The position numbers and the translations under genes were made by a program. From positions 4,150,693 to 4,214,692 of the forward strand of contig OZ252240.1 in the NCBI GenBank assembly GCA_965249515.1: DNA of 64,000 nucleotides, written 5' to 3'. This stretch comes from Capsulimonadaceae bacterium (GTDB taxonomy: Bacteria > Armatimonadota > Armatimonadia > Armatimonadales > Capsulimonadaceae). Below the pieces are notes generated by a model. That model was given only the letters and a program-made list of their open reading frames with translations, was not told the origin of the DNA and did no database searches. Below, in pieces: positions 24,219 through 31,889 of the stretch; within the stretch, counting starts at the first letter, position 1; each line of letters begins with the position of its first letter.

Positions 24219-24336
24219 CCCTGGTCTGGAAGACCGGGTCTTTAAAAAGCATAATGTCCGCTTCGCGGACGCCGAATACGTCCCGGAGGGACATCCTGCA
24301 CTGTTAAAGCCCCGGTCTTCCAGACCGGGCCAGGGT
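24219..24336. repeat. palindromic hairpin cluster, family B
   Basis: CCCTGGTCTGGAAGACCGGG (24219-24238) pairs with CCCGGTCTTCCAGACCGGG (24311-24329). Inner hairpins GTCCGCttcGCGGAC (24256-24270) and GTCCCggaGGGAC (24280-24292). Confidence 0.85.
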
Positions 24337-24376
24337 AGCTTGACCGAAACCAACTGGAAAGGAGGTGATGACACTG

Positions 24377-25429
24377 ATGACTGATTTAGGAGTCGCGAAG
24401 CGACTGACGGAGATGGTTTCGGGCGCGGGTTGAGCGGCAAAACTTGGTCCGGGGGACCTAAATGCTGCGGTCAAAGACCTGTTCTCGAATGTTGCGCGTG
24501 ACCCGAACGTTCTCGTGGGCTTCGGCACGCTCGATGACGCCGGGGTGTATCGCCTGAACGCGCAAACCGCGCTGGTGCAGACGGTGGATTTTATCACGCC
24601 GGTTGTAGACGACCCGTTCGCTTTCGGCGAAATCGCGGTCGCCAACGCGCTTTCGGACGTCTACGCCATGGGCGGGGTCCCGGTCACTGCGCTAAATGTC
24701 ACCTGCTTCCCGTCGGGCACCGACCCGACGCTGCTGAACGCCATTTTGCGGGGCGGCCTCGCCCAGTGTCAGGCCGCAGGTGTTGCGCTCTTAGGGGGCC
24801 ACACGGTGGACGACCCGATGATCAAGTTTGGGCTGTCGGTCACGGGCACCGTGGACCCAAACGCGATTTGGACCAATGCTGGGGCGCAAATCGGCGACGC
24901 GCTGATACTCACCAAACCGCTCGGCATCGGGGTCATCACCACCGGCATCAAGCAGCAAAGGGCGAGCGCGGCGGCAGTGGAAGCGGCTCTGACTTCCATG
25001 CGGACCCTGAACCGGGCAGCGCGGGATGCAGCGGCGGAAGTCGGGCCGAATGCCTGCACCGATGTCACGGGCTTTGGCCTGACGGGCCATCTGTACCAAA
25101 TGCTGCGGGCATCGGGCCGGACAGCACATATCTACGCCAATCAAGTCCCGCTGCTGACCGGAGCTTTGGACCTGGCACGGGCAGGTGTCGGGCCGGGCGG
25201 GACGGAGCGCAACAAAAACTACTTTGGCGGCTTTGTATCGCTTGCGCCGGGTGTCGAAGCGGCTTTAATTGAACTGCTGTTCGACCCCCAGACCTCCGGG
25301 GGTTTGCTGCTGTCGGTCGCCGTGGATAAACGAGAAGCGATGCTGGCCGCGCTGACCGCGCACGGCGTCCGGGCGTCGGTCATCGGCGAGGTGACGGGGC
25401 CGTCGGCGGGGCGCGTCGAGGTATTCTAG
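24377..25429 (+). CDS. selD: selenide, water dikinase; selenocysteine-containing (UGA at 24431-24433 read as Sec)
   Basis: In frame with the track ORF at 24515. The upstream frame reads MTDLGVAKRLTEMVSGAG-U-AAKLGPGDL, matching the SelD active-site loop (E. coli RLTQ..HGAGCGCK). GGAGG at 24361-24365. Alternative ATG at 24368. Confidence 0.9.
24444..24461 (+). promoter_or_regulatory. SECIS-like hairpin downstream of the selD UGA
   Basis: GGTCC-GGG-GGACC (24446-24458) begins 15 nt after the U of UGA. Possible extension with a bulged T. Confidence 0.4.
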
Positions 25430-25432
25430 CGT

Positions 25433-25525
25433 GGAGGCGTTCGGGGTCTGGTGGCCCCCCTGGTCTTCAAAACCAGTGTCCCGCATTACGCGGGGGGTGG
25501 GTTCGATTCCCATCCGCTTCCGCCA
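25433..25525 (+). tRNA. selC: tRNA-Sec (anticodon UCA)
   Basis: 8-nt acceptor strands (GGAGGCGT / CCGCTTCC). 6-bp D stem with a 4-nt loop (GGGGTC-TGGT-GGCCCC). Anticodon arm CTGGT-CTTCAAA-ACCAG. Long variable arm CCCGC-ATTAC-GCGGG. 5-bp T stem with TTCGATT loop. G-CCA end. 93 nt. Confidence 0.92.
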
Positions 25526-25541
25526 CTTTCATCCAAACACT

Positions 25542-26375
25542 ATGTTCTCATCGGCAGCGACTAAAACAAGAACCGTCACGCGCCTGCGCGGCGGGCAATG
25601 GGCCGAGATTGACGACATGCTTGTCATCGAGGAGCCGCTGGAAATCCGCCTCGGTTCCGAGCGGTTCACCGTCACGATGCGAACCCCCGGCGATGACTTT
25701 GCCCTGACGCGCGGCCTCTTGCTGACCGAAGGCGTGATCGAGTCGAATGCAGACATCGGCCAGATCCGCTACTGCGACGAAGGCGAAGCCGCCGACACTG
25801 ACCTCCCGAACATTGTTACGGTGCACCTGAACAAACAGCCTGCGGCGGGCCGCCTCTGGCAGCGGACTCTTATGGCGGGCACAAGCTGCGGCCTTTGCGG
25901 CAAAGCGGCCTTGGACGCCGTCGCCATGCAGACCGACCCGCTGCCCCCGCCGACCACCAGCCTCCTCACCCCTGATATTCTGCTCGAACTGCCGCACACG
26001 CTGCGCCGCCGTCAGGAAGCGTTCCAAAGCACCGGCGGCCTGCACGCCGTCGGCCTGTTCACCGCGTCCGGCGACTGCCTCTGCGTTTATGAAGACATCG
26101 GACGCCACAATGCCACCGACAAAGCCATCGGCCACGGCGTCAAGCAAGGCTGGCTGCCCTGGGCCAACCCTGAGCCTCTGATTTTGCTAGTCAGCGGCCG
26201 TGCCTCGTTTGAGATCACCCAAAAAGCGCTGATGGCCCGCATCCCCGTCGTCTGCTCCGTCTCCGCCGCGTCTTCTCTCGCCGCAGACTTGGCAGAGCTA
26301 AACAATCAAACACTGGTCGGATTTCTGCGCGATACCGGCATGACTGTTTATACTGGCGGGGGGCGAGTGGTTTAA
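25542..26375 (+). CDS. fdhD: formate dehydrogenase accessory sulfurtransferase
   Basis: EEPLEIRL...TMRTPGDDFALTRGLLLTEGVI, SCGLCGK, GGLHA, GRHNATDKAIG, SGRASFEITQKA. Start moved to 25542; the track extension overlaps tRNA-Sec. Confidence 0.9.
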   Translation: MFSSAATKTRTVTRLRGGQWAEIDDMLVIEEPLEIRLGSERFTVTMRTPGDDFALTRGLLLTEGVIESNADIGQIRYCDEGEAADTDLPNIVTVHLNKQPAAGRLWQRTLMAGTSCGLCGKAALDAVAMQTDPLPPPTTSLLTPDILLELPHTLRRRQEAFQSTGGLHAVGLFTASGDCLCVYEDIGRHNATDKAIGHGVKQGWLPWANPEPLILLVSGRASFEITQKALMARIPVVCSVSAASSLAADLAELNNQTLVGFLRDTGMTVYTGGGRVV

Positions 26376-26933
26376 ATTTTTCAGCGGGCCGAACCGAAAC
26401 CATGCGCCTTACCGTTATAAGGCAGTATCATACGTTGGGGGTACTGCATGGATATCAAGAGTAAGCATCGGATTGGATTTACGTTGATTGAATTGCTGAT
26501 CGTAATCGCCATTGTCGGGGTCATTGCGGCAATTTTAATTCCGGCATTTTTGTCAGCACGGGAGCGCGGCCGGCGAACCGTTTGTCAAAGCAACTTGAGG
26601 CAGATGACGCTGGCAATCCAGCAGTATGTTCAAGACAATGGCACTTACCCGGTATACACGACATCAAACAATCATATTAACCCAGATGGTACAGGTGGAC
26701 CTGATGAATGGCAGCATTTGATCTTTCCTTACATAAGAACGCGGCAGGTGTTCTACTGTCCTTCTTTGCCTGCGGACGCGCCAATGATCGCGGACCCGAT
26801 CGCGAAGGATTTTGAGGAAGTAGGATATGTTTAACCTAAGTTGCGTTTCTGGTTTTTTGCGTTTGCAGGTTTAGGTGCCTGGCCGGTTTCCGTAAAGTGA
26901 AAGTACCACCCAACACTTCACAGGAGACCGACC

Positions 26934-27799
26934 ATGCATCCCTCTGTTCGACAAATCATCGCGATTTACTGCCTGTGCGACGATTTTCTTTCGGCCCGTG
27001 GCTACAAAGATGCCCGGCAAGCTAAACTGACCACGGCCCAGGTCATGACCGTGGCTTTAGTGGCCGCCGCCCTGTTTAACGGCAACCAGGAGAAAAGTCG
27101 CGTGTTCCTACGGGACCACGGCTACATCCGGCCCATGCTCTCCAAAGGCTGCTTGAACCGCCGTCTGCATGAAGTCCCGGAAGCGCTCTGGCAATCCCTG
27201 TTCGCGGTTGTGGCCGACGTTCACAAGCAAGGCAACGAAAGCCAGTGGTACGCGGTGGACAGCATGCCCGCCAGCGTCTGCGATAATTTTCGCATCTGCC
27301 GCAGCCGCTTGTACCCGCAAAAGCAGCACGGCAAAGCGTTTCGAGGCTACATCGCCTGCAAGAAACGCTTCTTCTACGGCCTGCGGGTGCATCTGGTGAC
27401 GACCACGGGCGGCCTGCCCGTCGAGGTCATGCTCGCACCGGGCAGCGAGGCAGACATTGCGGCGTTCCGGCGACTGCCGCTGGACCTGCCGCCAAAGGCC
27501 CGCATCTTCGCGGACGCAGGCTATCTGGACCAGCATGAAGAAGCGCTGCTTAAGGACGCCGATTTGCATTTAGTGGCCCAGCGGCGCAAAAACAGCAAAG
27601 AACCGCTGGCTCCGTGGGTGAGCTACCTTTGGCTCCGTGGGTGAGCTACCTTGCCCGCAAAGAGCGCAAGCGCATCGAGACGGTGTTCAGCCAGATCGCG
27701 GCAGCGTTCGGACGGACCCTTCATGCGGTCACGGCCCGAGGCTTCGAGCTAAAAGTCTTTCTGACCGTGCTGGCTTACAGTATGCTCGCAACAGCATAG
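26934..27799 (+). pseudogene. IS982-family transposase, frameshifted by a 23-bp tandem duplication
   Basis: Track ORFs 26934-27644 and 27614-27799 share ...LAPWVSYL. Deleting one 23-bp copy gives a single 280-aa frame. Confidence 0.85.
27607..27652. repeat. 23-bp perfect tandem duplication (TGGCTCCGTGGGTGAGCTACCTT x2)
   Basis: 27607-27629 equals 27630-27652. Confidence 0.97.
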
Positions 27800-28103
27800 A
27801 AACGCAACTTAGGTTATGTTTACAATCTTGGTCTCCTCAACCGGATTCATAAAGGGGTTCTTCGGGGCGTCAAGGAGGAAGAAATCCGAAAGCCTACTAT
27901 TTCGCCGGTTTTAAATGATCAATGCTGGGCCACTGAAAACGGCGTCGCGCATTCTGAGCGCGACGTTCCGGTCTCCTGCGGGCAGACCTTCGGTGTCAGC
28001 ACACTGCATGAGGGCGGGGCTAATTATTCGTTTGTGGACGGACACGTCAAATGGTACTCGGCGGAGGCGATGGGGGAGCTTTATTGCGCCAACTGGCCGC
28101 CGC

Positions 28104-29549
28104 CTAAATATGTGGAGTAGACGAACGCTCGTTTGCCAGTGCGGCCATTGCCGCGTAGTAGCCGCACATGCCGTGGACGCCGCCGCCGGGAGGCGTGGAC
28201 GACGAGCAAAGGTAGAGGCCGGGCACGGGTGTGGACCACGGTGTCCAGCGGGGGAGGGGACGGGTGAAGAGCTGCGCCCAGTCCTGAACACCGCCGTTGA
28301 TGTCGCCGCCGATGTAGTTGGCGGAGTAGCGCTCCAGCGCCGCCGGGTCCATGGCGTTTTTGGCGAGAATGCGGTCTTTGAACCCCGGCGCGAAGCGCTC
28401 GATTTGAGACTCGATACGCTCCGTCATATCCACGGTGCTGCCGTTGGGGACATGACAGTAGCCCCAGACCGTGTGCTTGCCCTTGGGGGCGCGGGTCGGG
28501 TCAAACAGACTTTGCTGGGCCAGCAGGATGTACGGCTTGTCGCAAATCTCGCCATTGGCGGCGGCGTGTTCCGAGGCAGTCAGCTCGGCGCGGGTGCCGC
28601 CGAGGTGAACCGTTCCCGCTTTGGCGACTTCGGGCGACTTCCAGGGGATCGGACCGTCGAGCGCCCAGTCAATCTTGAACGCGCCCATGCCGTAGCGGTA
28701 GCGACTGAGCTGCTCTTTGTAACCCGTCGGCAGCGTGTCCCCAGCAATACGCAAAAGCTGGCGCGGCGTGATGTCTCCGAACACCAGCTTCGATGGCGGC
28801 AGCTCGGCCAGGGTCTTGACTTCATGGCCGGTCTCGACTTCCCCGCCAAGCGACTTCAAATGCGACACTAAAGCGTCGGCAATGCCCTGCGAGCCGCCGC
28901 GCGGGAACGGCCAGCCGACCGCGTGGCCGGCCAGCCCGAGGGCCATGCCGAATGCACCGCTCGGGGACTGCGTGAGCGGCAGCATCGAGTGGGCCGCCAT
29001 GCCCGAAAAGAATCCTTTGGCGCGTCCGCTCGTGAACGAAAGCTCGGTCAGTGCTTGGGACGACAGCATCGCTTTGAGGCCGAAGCGGGCCAGGCCGAAC
29101 GGATAGCGGGCGAGTCTCAGCGGCTCGCGCAGTGTCACCGAAAGCTCATCCCAGTCCGGCACCAGCGGGGCCATCAGCTTGCGATAGTTGGCGGCATCCT
29201 TGCCGAGCGTCGCCGCCGTCGCTTCCACTGATTGATACAAGAGCGCCGGCGGGCTGTCATCGAAGGGGTGTGCCAGCGCCGCTTCCGGGTGAACCCATTC
29301 GAGGCCGTATTTCTCCAAGCCCAGTGTCTGGAAGAACGGCGAGCCGTACCCGAGAGGGTGAATGGCCGAGCCGACATCATGCTGGTAGCCCGGCAGGGTC
29401 AATTCTTTGGTCCGGCACCCGCCGCCGGGCGTATCGGCGGCCTCGACGACCAGCACTGAGCGGCCCTCTTGGGCCACTTTAATTGCCGCCGCCAATCCGT
29501 TCGGCCCCGCGCCGATCACCACGGCGTCATATTTGGTGTTCTTGCTCAA
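28104..29549 (-). CDS. phytoene-desaturase-family NAD(P)/FAD-dependent oxidoreductase
   Basis: YDAVVIGAGPNGLAAAIKVAQEGRSVLVVEAADTPGGGCRT Rossmann N-terminus. CrtI-like length. Confidence 0.85.
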   Translation of the reverse strand: MSKNTKYDAVVIGAGPNGLAAAIKVAQEGRSVLVVEAADTPGGGCRTKELTLPGYQHDVGSAIHPLGYGSPFFQTLGLEKYGLEWVHPEAALAHPFDDSPPALLYQSVEATAATLGKDAANYRKLMAPLVPDWDELSVTLREPLRLARYPFGLARFGLKAMLSSQALTELSFTSGRAKGFFSGMAAHSMLPLTQSPSGAFGMALGLAGHAVGWPFPRGGSQGIADALVSHLKSLGGEVETGHEVKTLAELPPSKLVFGDITPRQLLRIAGDTLPTGYKEQLSRYRYGMGAFKIDWALDGPIPWKSPEVAKAGTVHLGGTRAELTASEHAAANGEICDKPYILLAQQSLFDPTRAPKGKHTVWGYCHVPNGSTVDMTERIESQIERFAPGFKDRILAKNAMDPAALERYSANYIGGDINGGVQDWAQLFTRPLPRWTPWSTPVPGLYLCSSSTPPGGGVHGMCGYYAAMAALANERSSTPHI

Positions 29550-29566
29550 AATAAGTTCAGTTCTAA

Positions 29567-29806
29567 TTACGGTACCGGCAGACGCCGCTCAAACTTCAGC
29601 ATCTCGTTTTGCAAACGTAGCGCCATCATCTCGCGTTCTTTGGCTTCGTCGTTCTTGTTGCCGCGAACTTCATAAACGAGCTGCTGTAGAGCTGCCGTAA
29701 GAACCTTGAGATCTTTTTGCAGGTCCGTGATGTCGTCTGTGTTTTTCTTGGTGTTCTCACGCAGAAGCAAAAGTTCCTTGAGAGCATTGGCAATGTCACG
29801 AAACAT
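29567..29806 (-). CDS. small helical (coiled-coil-like) hypothetical protein, 79 aa
   Basis: AAGGTGGA RBS. Charged heptad-like sequence. AT-richer DNA. Confidence 0.5.
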   Translation of the reverse strand: MFRDIANALKELLLLRENTKKNTDDITDLQKDLKVLTAALQQLVYEVRGNKNDEAKEREMMALRLQNEMLKFERRLPVP

Positions 29807-29838
29807 TCAGTTCCACCTTAAACATTCAGTTCCACCTT
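29801..29838. repeat. 19-bp perfect tandem duplication (AAACATTCAGTTCCACCTT x2) at a gene boundary
   Basis: 29801-29819 equals 29820-29838. One copy carries the RBS and ATG of the 79-aa gene. The other encodes the last 6 codons and part of the stop of the 66-aa gene. Confidence 0.97.
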
Positions 29839-30018
29839 CAGCCGGTCCAATATCTCGCGCGTCTCCAAACGTAACCGAGCCGTTTCAACTTGACTTTTGT
29901 TTGTTTCTTCCGCAATCTGTCTTATCTCAGCAAATGTGCGAGCAATTTCCGCCTTGTAATAAGCCGTATTGTAAGTAACTTTGCTTGTGGTCTTCTCATT
30001 TCCTAGCATTTTATCCAT
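29818..30018 (-). CDS. small helical hypothetical protein, 66 aa
   Basis: ORF with charged helical composition, in the same strand run as the Uma2 genes. Confidence 0.5.
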   Translation of the reverse strand: MDKMLGNEKTTSKVTYNTAYYKAEIARTFAEIRQIAEETNKSQVETARLRLETREILDRLKVELNV

Positions 30019-30075
30019 ATCATTTTCCTCTCATCAGCATTGTAGCATATTTGGGGTGTCTGCATCAGGCGCGTT

Positions 30076-30675
30076 CTACTTCTCGACGGCTTCACGAACG
30101 CTGACGGCCTCGGGAAACGTGACCCTGTCGTACACTTCTGTCAGCAAGAGCGTGACGCCTAAAACAGTGATTGACCCGTCTAGCCCTTCGGCAAATGTGA
30201 ACTTCCAGGTGTCATCGTCCTGCCGGATATACTGCTCGACCTGCGGCGTGTCCTGCGAAACCAAGATGTACTCTTGCAGCGAATCAAGCCGCCGGTAACG
30301 CGCCCATTTTTCGCCCCGGTCGTAACGCTCGGTGGACGGTGACAGCACCTCAAAAATCACCGACGGATTGATCACGCTGTTTTTGTCGAAGGGGTTGATG
30401 TGCAGCTCCCCGCAGACGATGGTAACGTCCGGGTAAGTCTCAACATCAATCGGCATGATGCCGACACGCAGGTCGCTGTTGGAGACGCGGCACGGCTGAC
30501 CGCGCAGCAAGCTACGCATCTCACCGCCAATGTTGCTGGCAATGAAGCTGTGGTTGGGGCTGCCACCGGACATCGCGTAAATCCGGCCTGCAATAAACTC
30601 GCTCTTGTAGTCCGCCGCGTCCTCCAGCGCAGCATACTGCTCCATCGTACAATACGGTAAAGGTTGTGCTGACAT
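30076..30675 (-). CDS. Uma2 (DUF820) family PD-(D/E)xK-like endonuclease, copy B
   Basis: YKSEFIAGRIYAMSGG, YPDVTIVCGE, VIFEVLSPSTERYDRGEKWARY, EYILVSQ. Confidence 0.85.
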   Translation of the reverse strand: MSAQPLPYCTMEQYAALEDAADYKSEFIAGRIYAMSGGSPNHSFIASNIGGEMRSLLRGQPCRVSNSDLRVGIMPIDVETYPDVTIVCGELHINPFDKNSVINPSVIFEVLSPSTERYDRGEKWARYRRLDSLQEYILVSQDTPQVEQYIRQDDDTWKFTFAEGLDGSITVLGVTLLLTEVYDRVTFPEAVSVREAVEK

Positions 30676-30692
30676 GTCGATATGATGCCTCT

Positions 30693-31295
30693 CTATTCGT
30701 TATCGGCTTGTTCTCTTAGCGTCTCAGCTACTGGAAACGTAATCCTATCATAAACCTCAGCGAGGGGCAGCAGGACGCCGAGTATTGTCACCGCCGCGTC
30801 TAAGCCCTCAACTGCCATGTAGCTCCACAGGCCGCTTTCCTGCCGGATATACTGCTCGACTTGGGGCGTGTCCTGCGACACCAGAAGATATTCTTCAAGC
30901 GAGTCCAGCCGCCGGTAACGCGCCCACTTTTCGCCCCGGTCATAGGCTTCTGTGGATGGAGACAGCACTTCAAAGATCACCGCAGGATTGATTATGCTGT
31001 TTTTGTCGAAGGGATTGATACGCGGCTCGCCGCAGACAACCGTAACGTCCGGGTAGGTCTCCACATCCAGCGGCATGATTGCAACACGCAAGTCGCTGTT
31101 ATAAACCTGACACGGCCCGCGTTTAAAGAGGTTTCCAGCTTCACGAGTGATATTAGCGGCAATCGCGCTGTGCTTCGGAGTGCCGCCAGACATGGCGTAA
31201 ATGCGCCCAGCGATGAACTCGCTTTTGTACGCCGCGTCTTCTTCCAGCGCAGCGTACTGTTCCATCGTATAATATGGTAAAGGTTGTGCGCTCAT
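30693..31295 (-). CDS. Uma2 (DUF820) family PD-(D/E)xK-like endonuclease, copy A
   Basis: Same motifs as copy B. Roughly three-quarters identical to copy B by eye. Confidence 0.85.
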   Translation of the reverse strand: MSAQPLPYYTMEQYAALEEDAAYKSEFIAGRIYAMSGGTPKHSAIAANITREAGNLFKRGPCQVYNSDLRVAIMPLDVETYPDVTVVCGEPRINPFDKNSIINPAVIFEVLSPSTEAYDRGEKWARYRRLDSLEEYLLVSQDTPQVEQYIRQESGLWSYMAVEGLDAAVTILGVLLPLAEVYDRITFPVAETLREQADNE

Positions 31296-31759
31296 TGAAA
31301 TGCCTCCATTAAAATTCTCAAATACTCTTGCACAGAAGCAAATTGTATCCGGCGGTCTGCGTAACTTTCGTGGCTCATAACGACCAACTGAGGAGCAATA
31401 ATCTTGCCTTCAGCAACGGCATAGCCGACGAAGTCTCCATTCGGTACGCTGGCAAAGAACAAAAAATTTGCTAACCCCGCAAAAGCCGTTTCCAAACCAT
31501 CGTCTTGCGCCCGAAGTTCTTGATTTTCATGCTGAATTTCTGTTACTGTCCAAACGACTTGCATCTCACCGTCTTCTTCACCTATGCTATCGAAGAAAGA
31601 AGGATGAACCGCCACGCCGTCCACTTCCAGCAGCAAATCTCGTAATTCCAGTGGCAGAGTAACTTGCAGTGATTGTTCGAGGCGTAAGACAGCCTCTTTT
31701 GACGCGGGTTCACCGAAGAAGCAGGGCAATCCAAAACTCTCGAAAAACTCGCGCCACAT
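31292..31759 (-). CDS. SMI1/KNR4 (SUKH-1) family protein
   Basis: EAVLRLEQSLQVTLPLELRDLLLEVDGV is the typical SMI1/KNR4 N-terminal signature. ATGA overlap with Uma2 copy A. Start at MWREFF (31759) is preferred; the track start at 31924 would overlap the fdnG start. Confidence 0.7.
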   Translation of the reverse strand: MWREFFESFGLPCFFGEPASKEAVLRLEQSLQVTLPLELRDLLLEVDGVAVHPSFFDSIGEEDGEMQVVWTVTEIQHENQELRAQDDGLETAFAGLANFLFFASVPNGDFVGYAVAEGKIIAPQLVVMSHESYADRRIQFASVQEYLRILMEAFQ

Positions 31760-31889
31760 AATTTCTACATTCGAGGACGACCGCCGGAATTCCTGCGTGA
31801 TTGGCGGTGTGAAAACGGGGGTAGAACAGGGAACAAGAAACTCATTCTCCACGTATTTCACACTTCCATCACTTAGAGGTAAGACCCTT

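Larger units (their letters stand above)
26834..27814 (+). mobile_element. IS982-family insertion sequence
   Basis: 17-bp perfect terminal inverted repeats ACCTAAGTTGCGTTTCT (26834-26850) and AGAAACGCAACTTAGGT (27798-27814). 8-bp direct target duplication TATGTTTA (26826-26833 and 27815-27822). DDE transposase with RKRIETVFSQ motif. Confidence 0.9.
26448..28120 (+). pseudogene. H-X9-DG prepilin-like gene disrupted by an IS982-family insertion
   Basis: The N-terminal part (26448-26833) ends at a stop created at the IS junction. Removing the IS and one TSD copy restores a 227-aa frame ending ...HEGGANYSFVDGHVKWY...PPPKYVE* (27823-28120). Confidence 0.85.

Noticed and set aside
24311-25476. Similarity between the hairpin CCCGGTCTTCCAGACCGGG (24311) and the tRNA-Sec anticodon arm CCCTGGTCTTCAAAACCAG (25458).
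   Set aside because: Only about 15 of 19 positions match. The loop lacks the UCA anticodon context, and the same hairpin type occurs at an unrelated locus (58599). It is most likely chance.
27915-28871. 318-aa plus-strand ORF.
   Set aside because: It is opposite the CrtI-like oxidoreductase. Its first part overlaps the restored pilin-like C-terminus in another frame.
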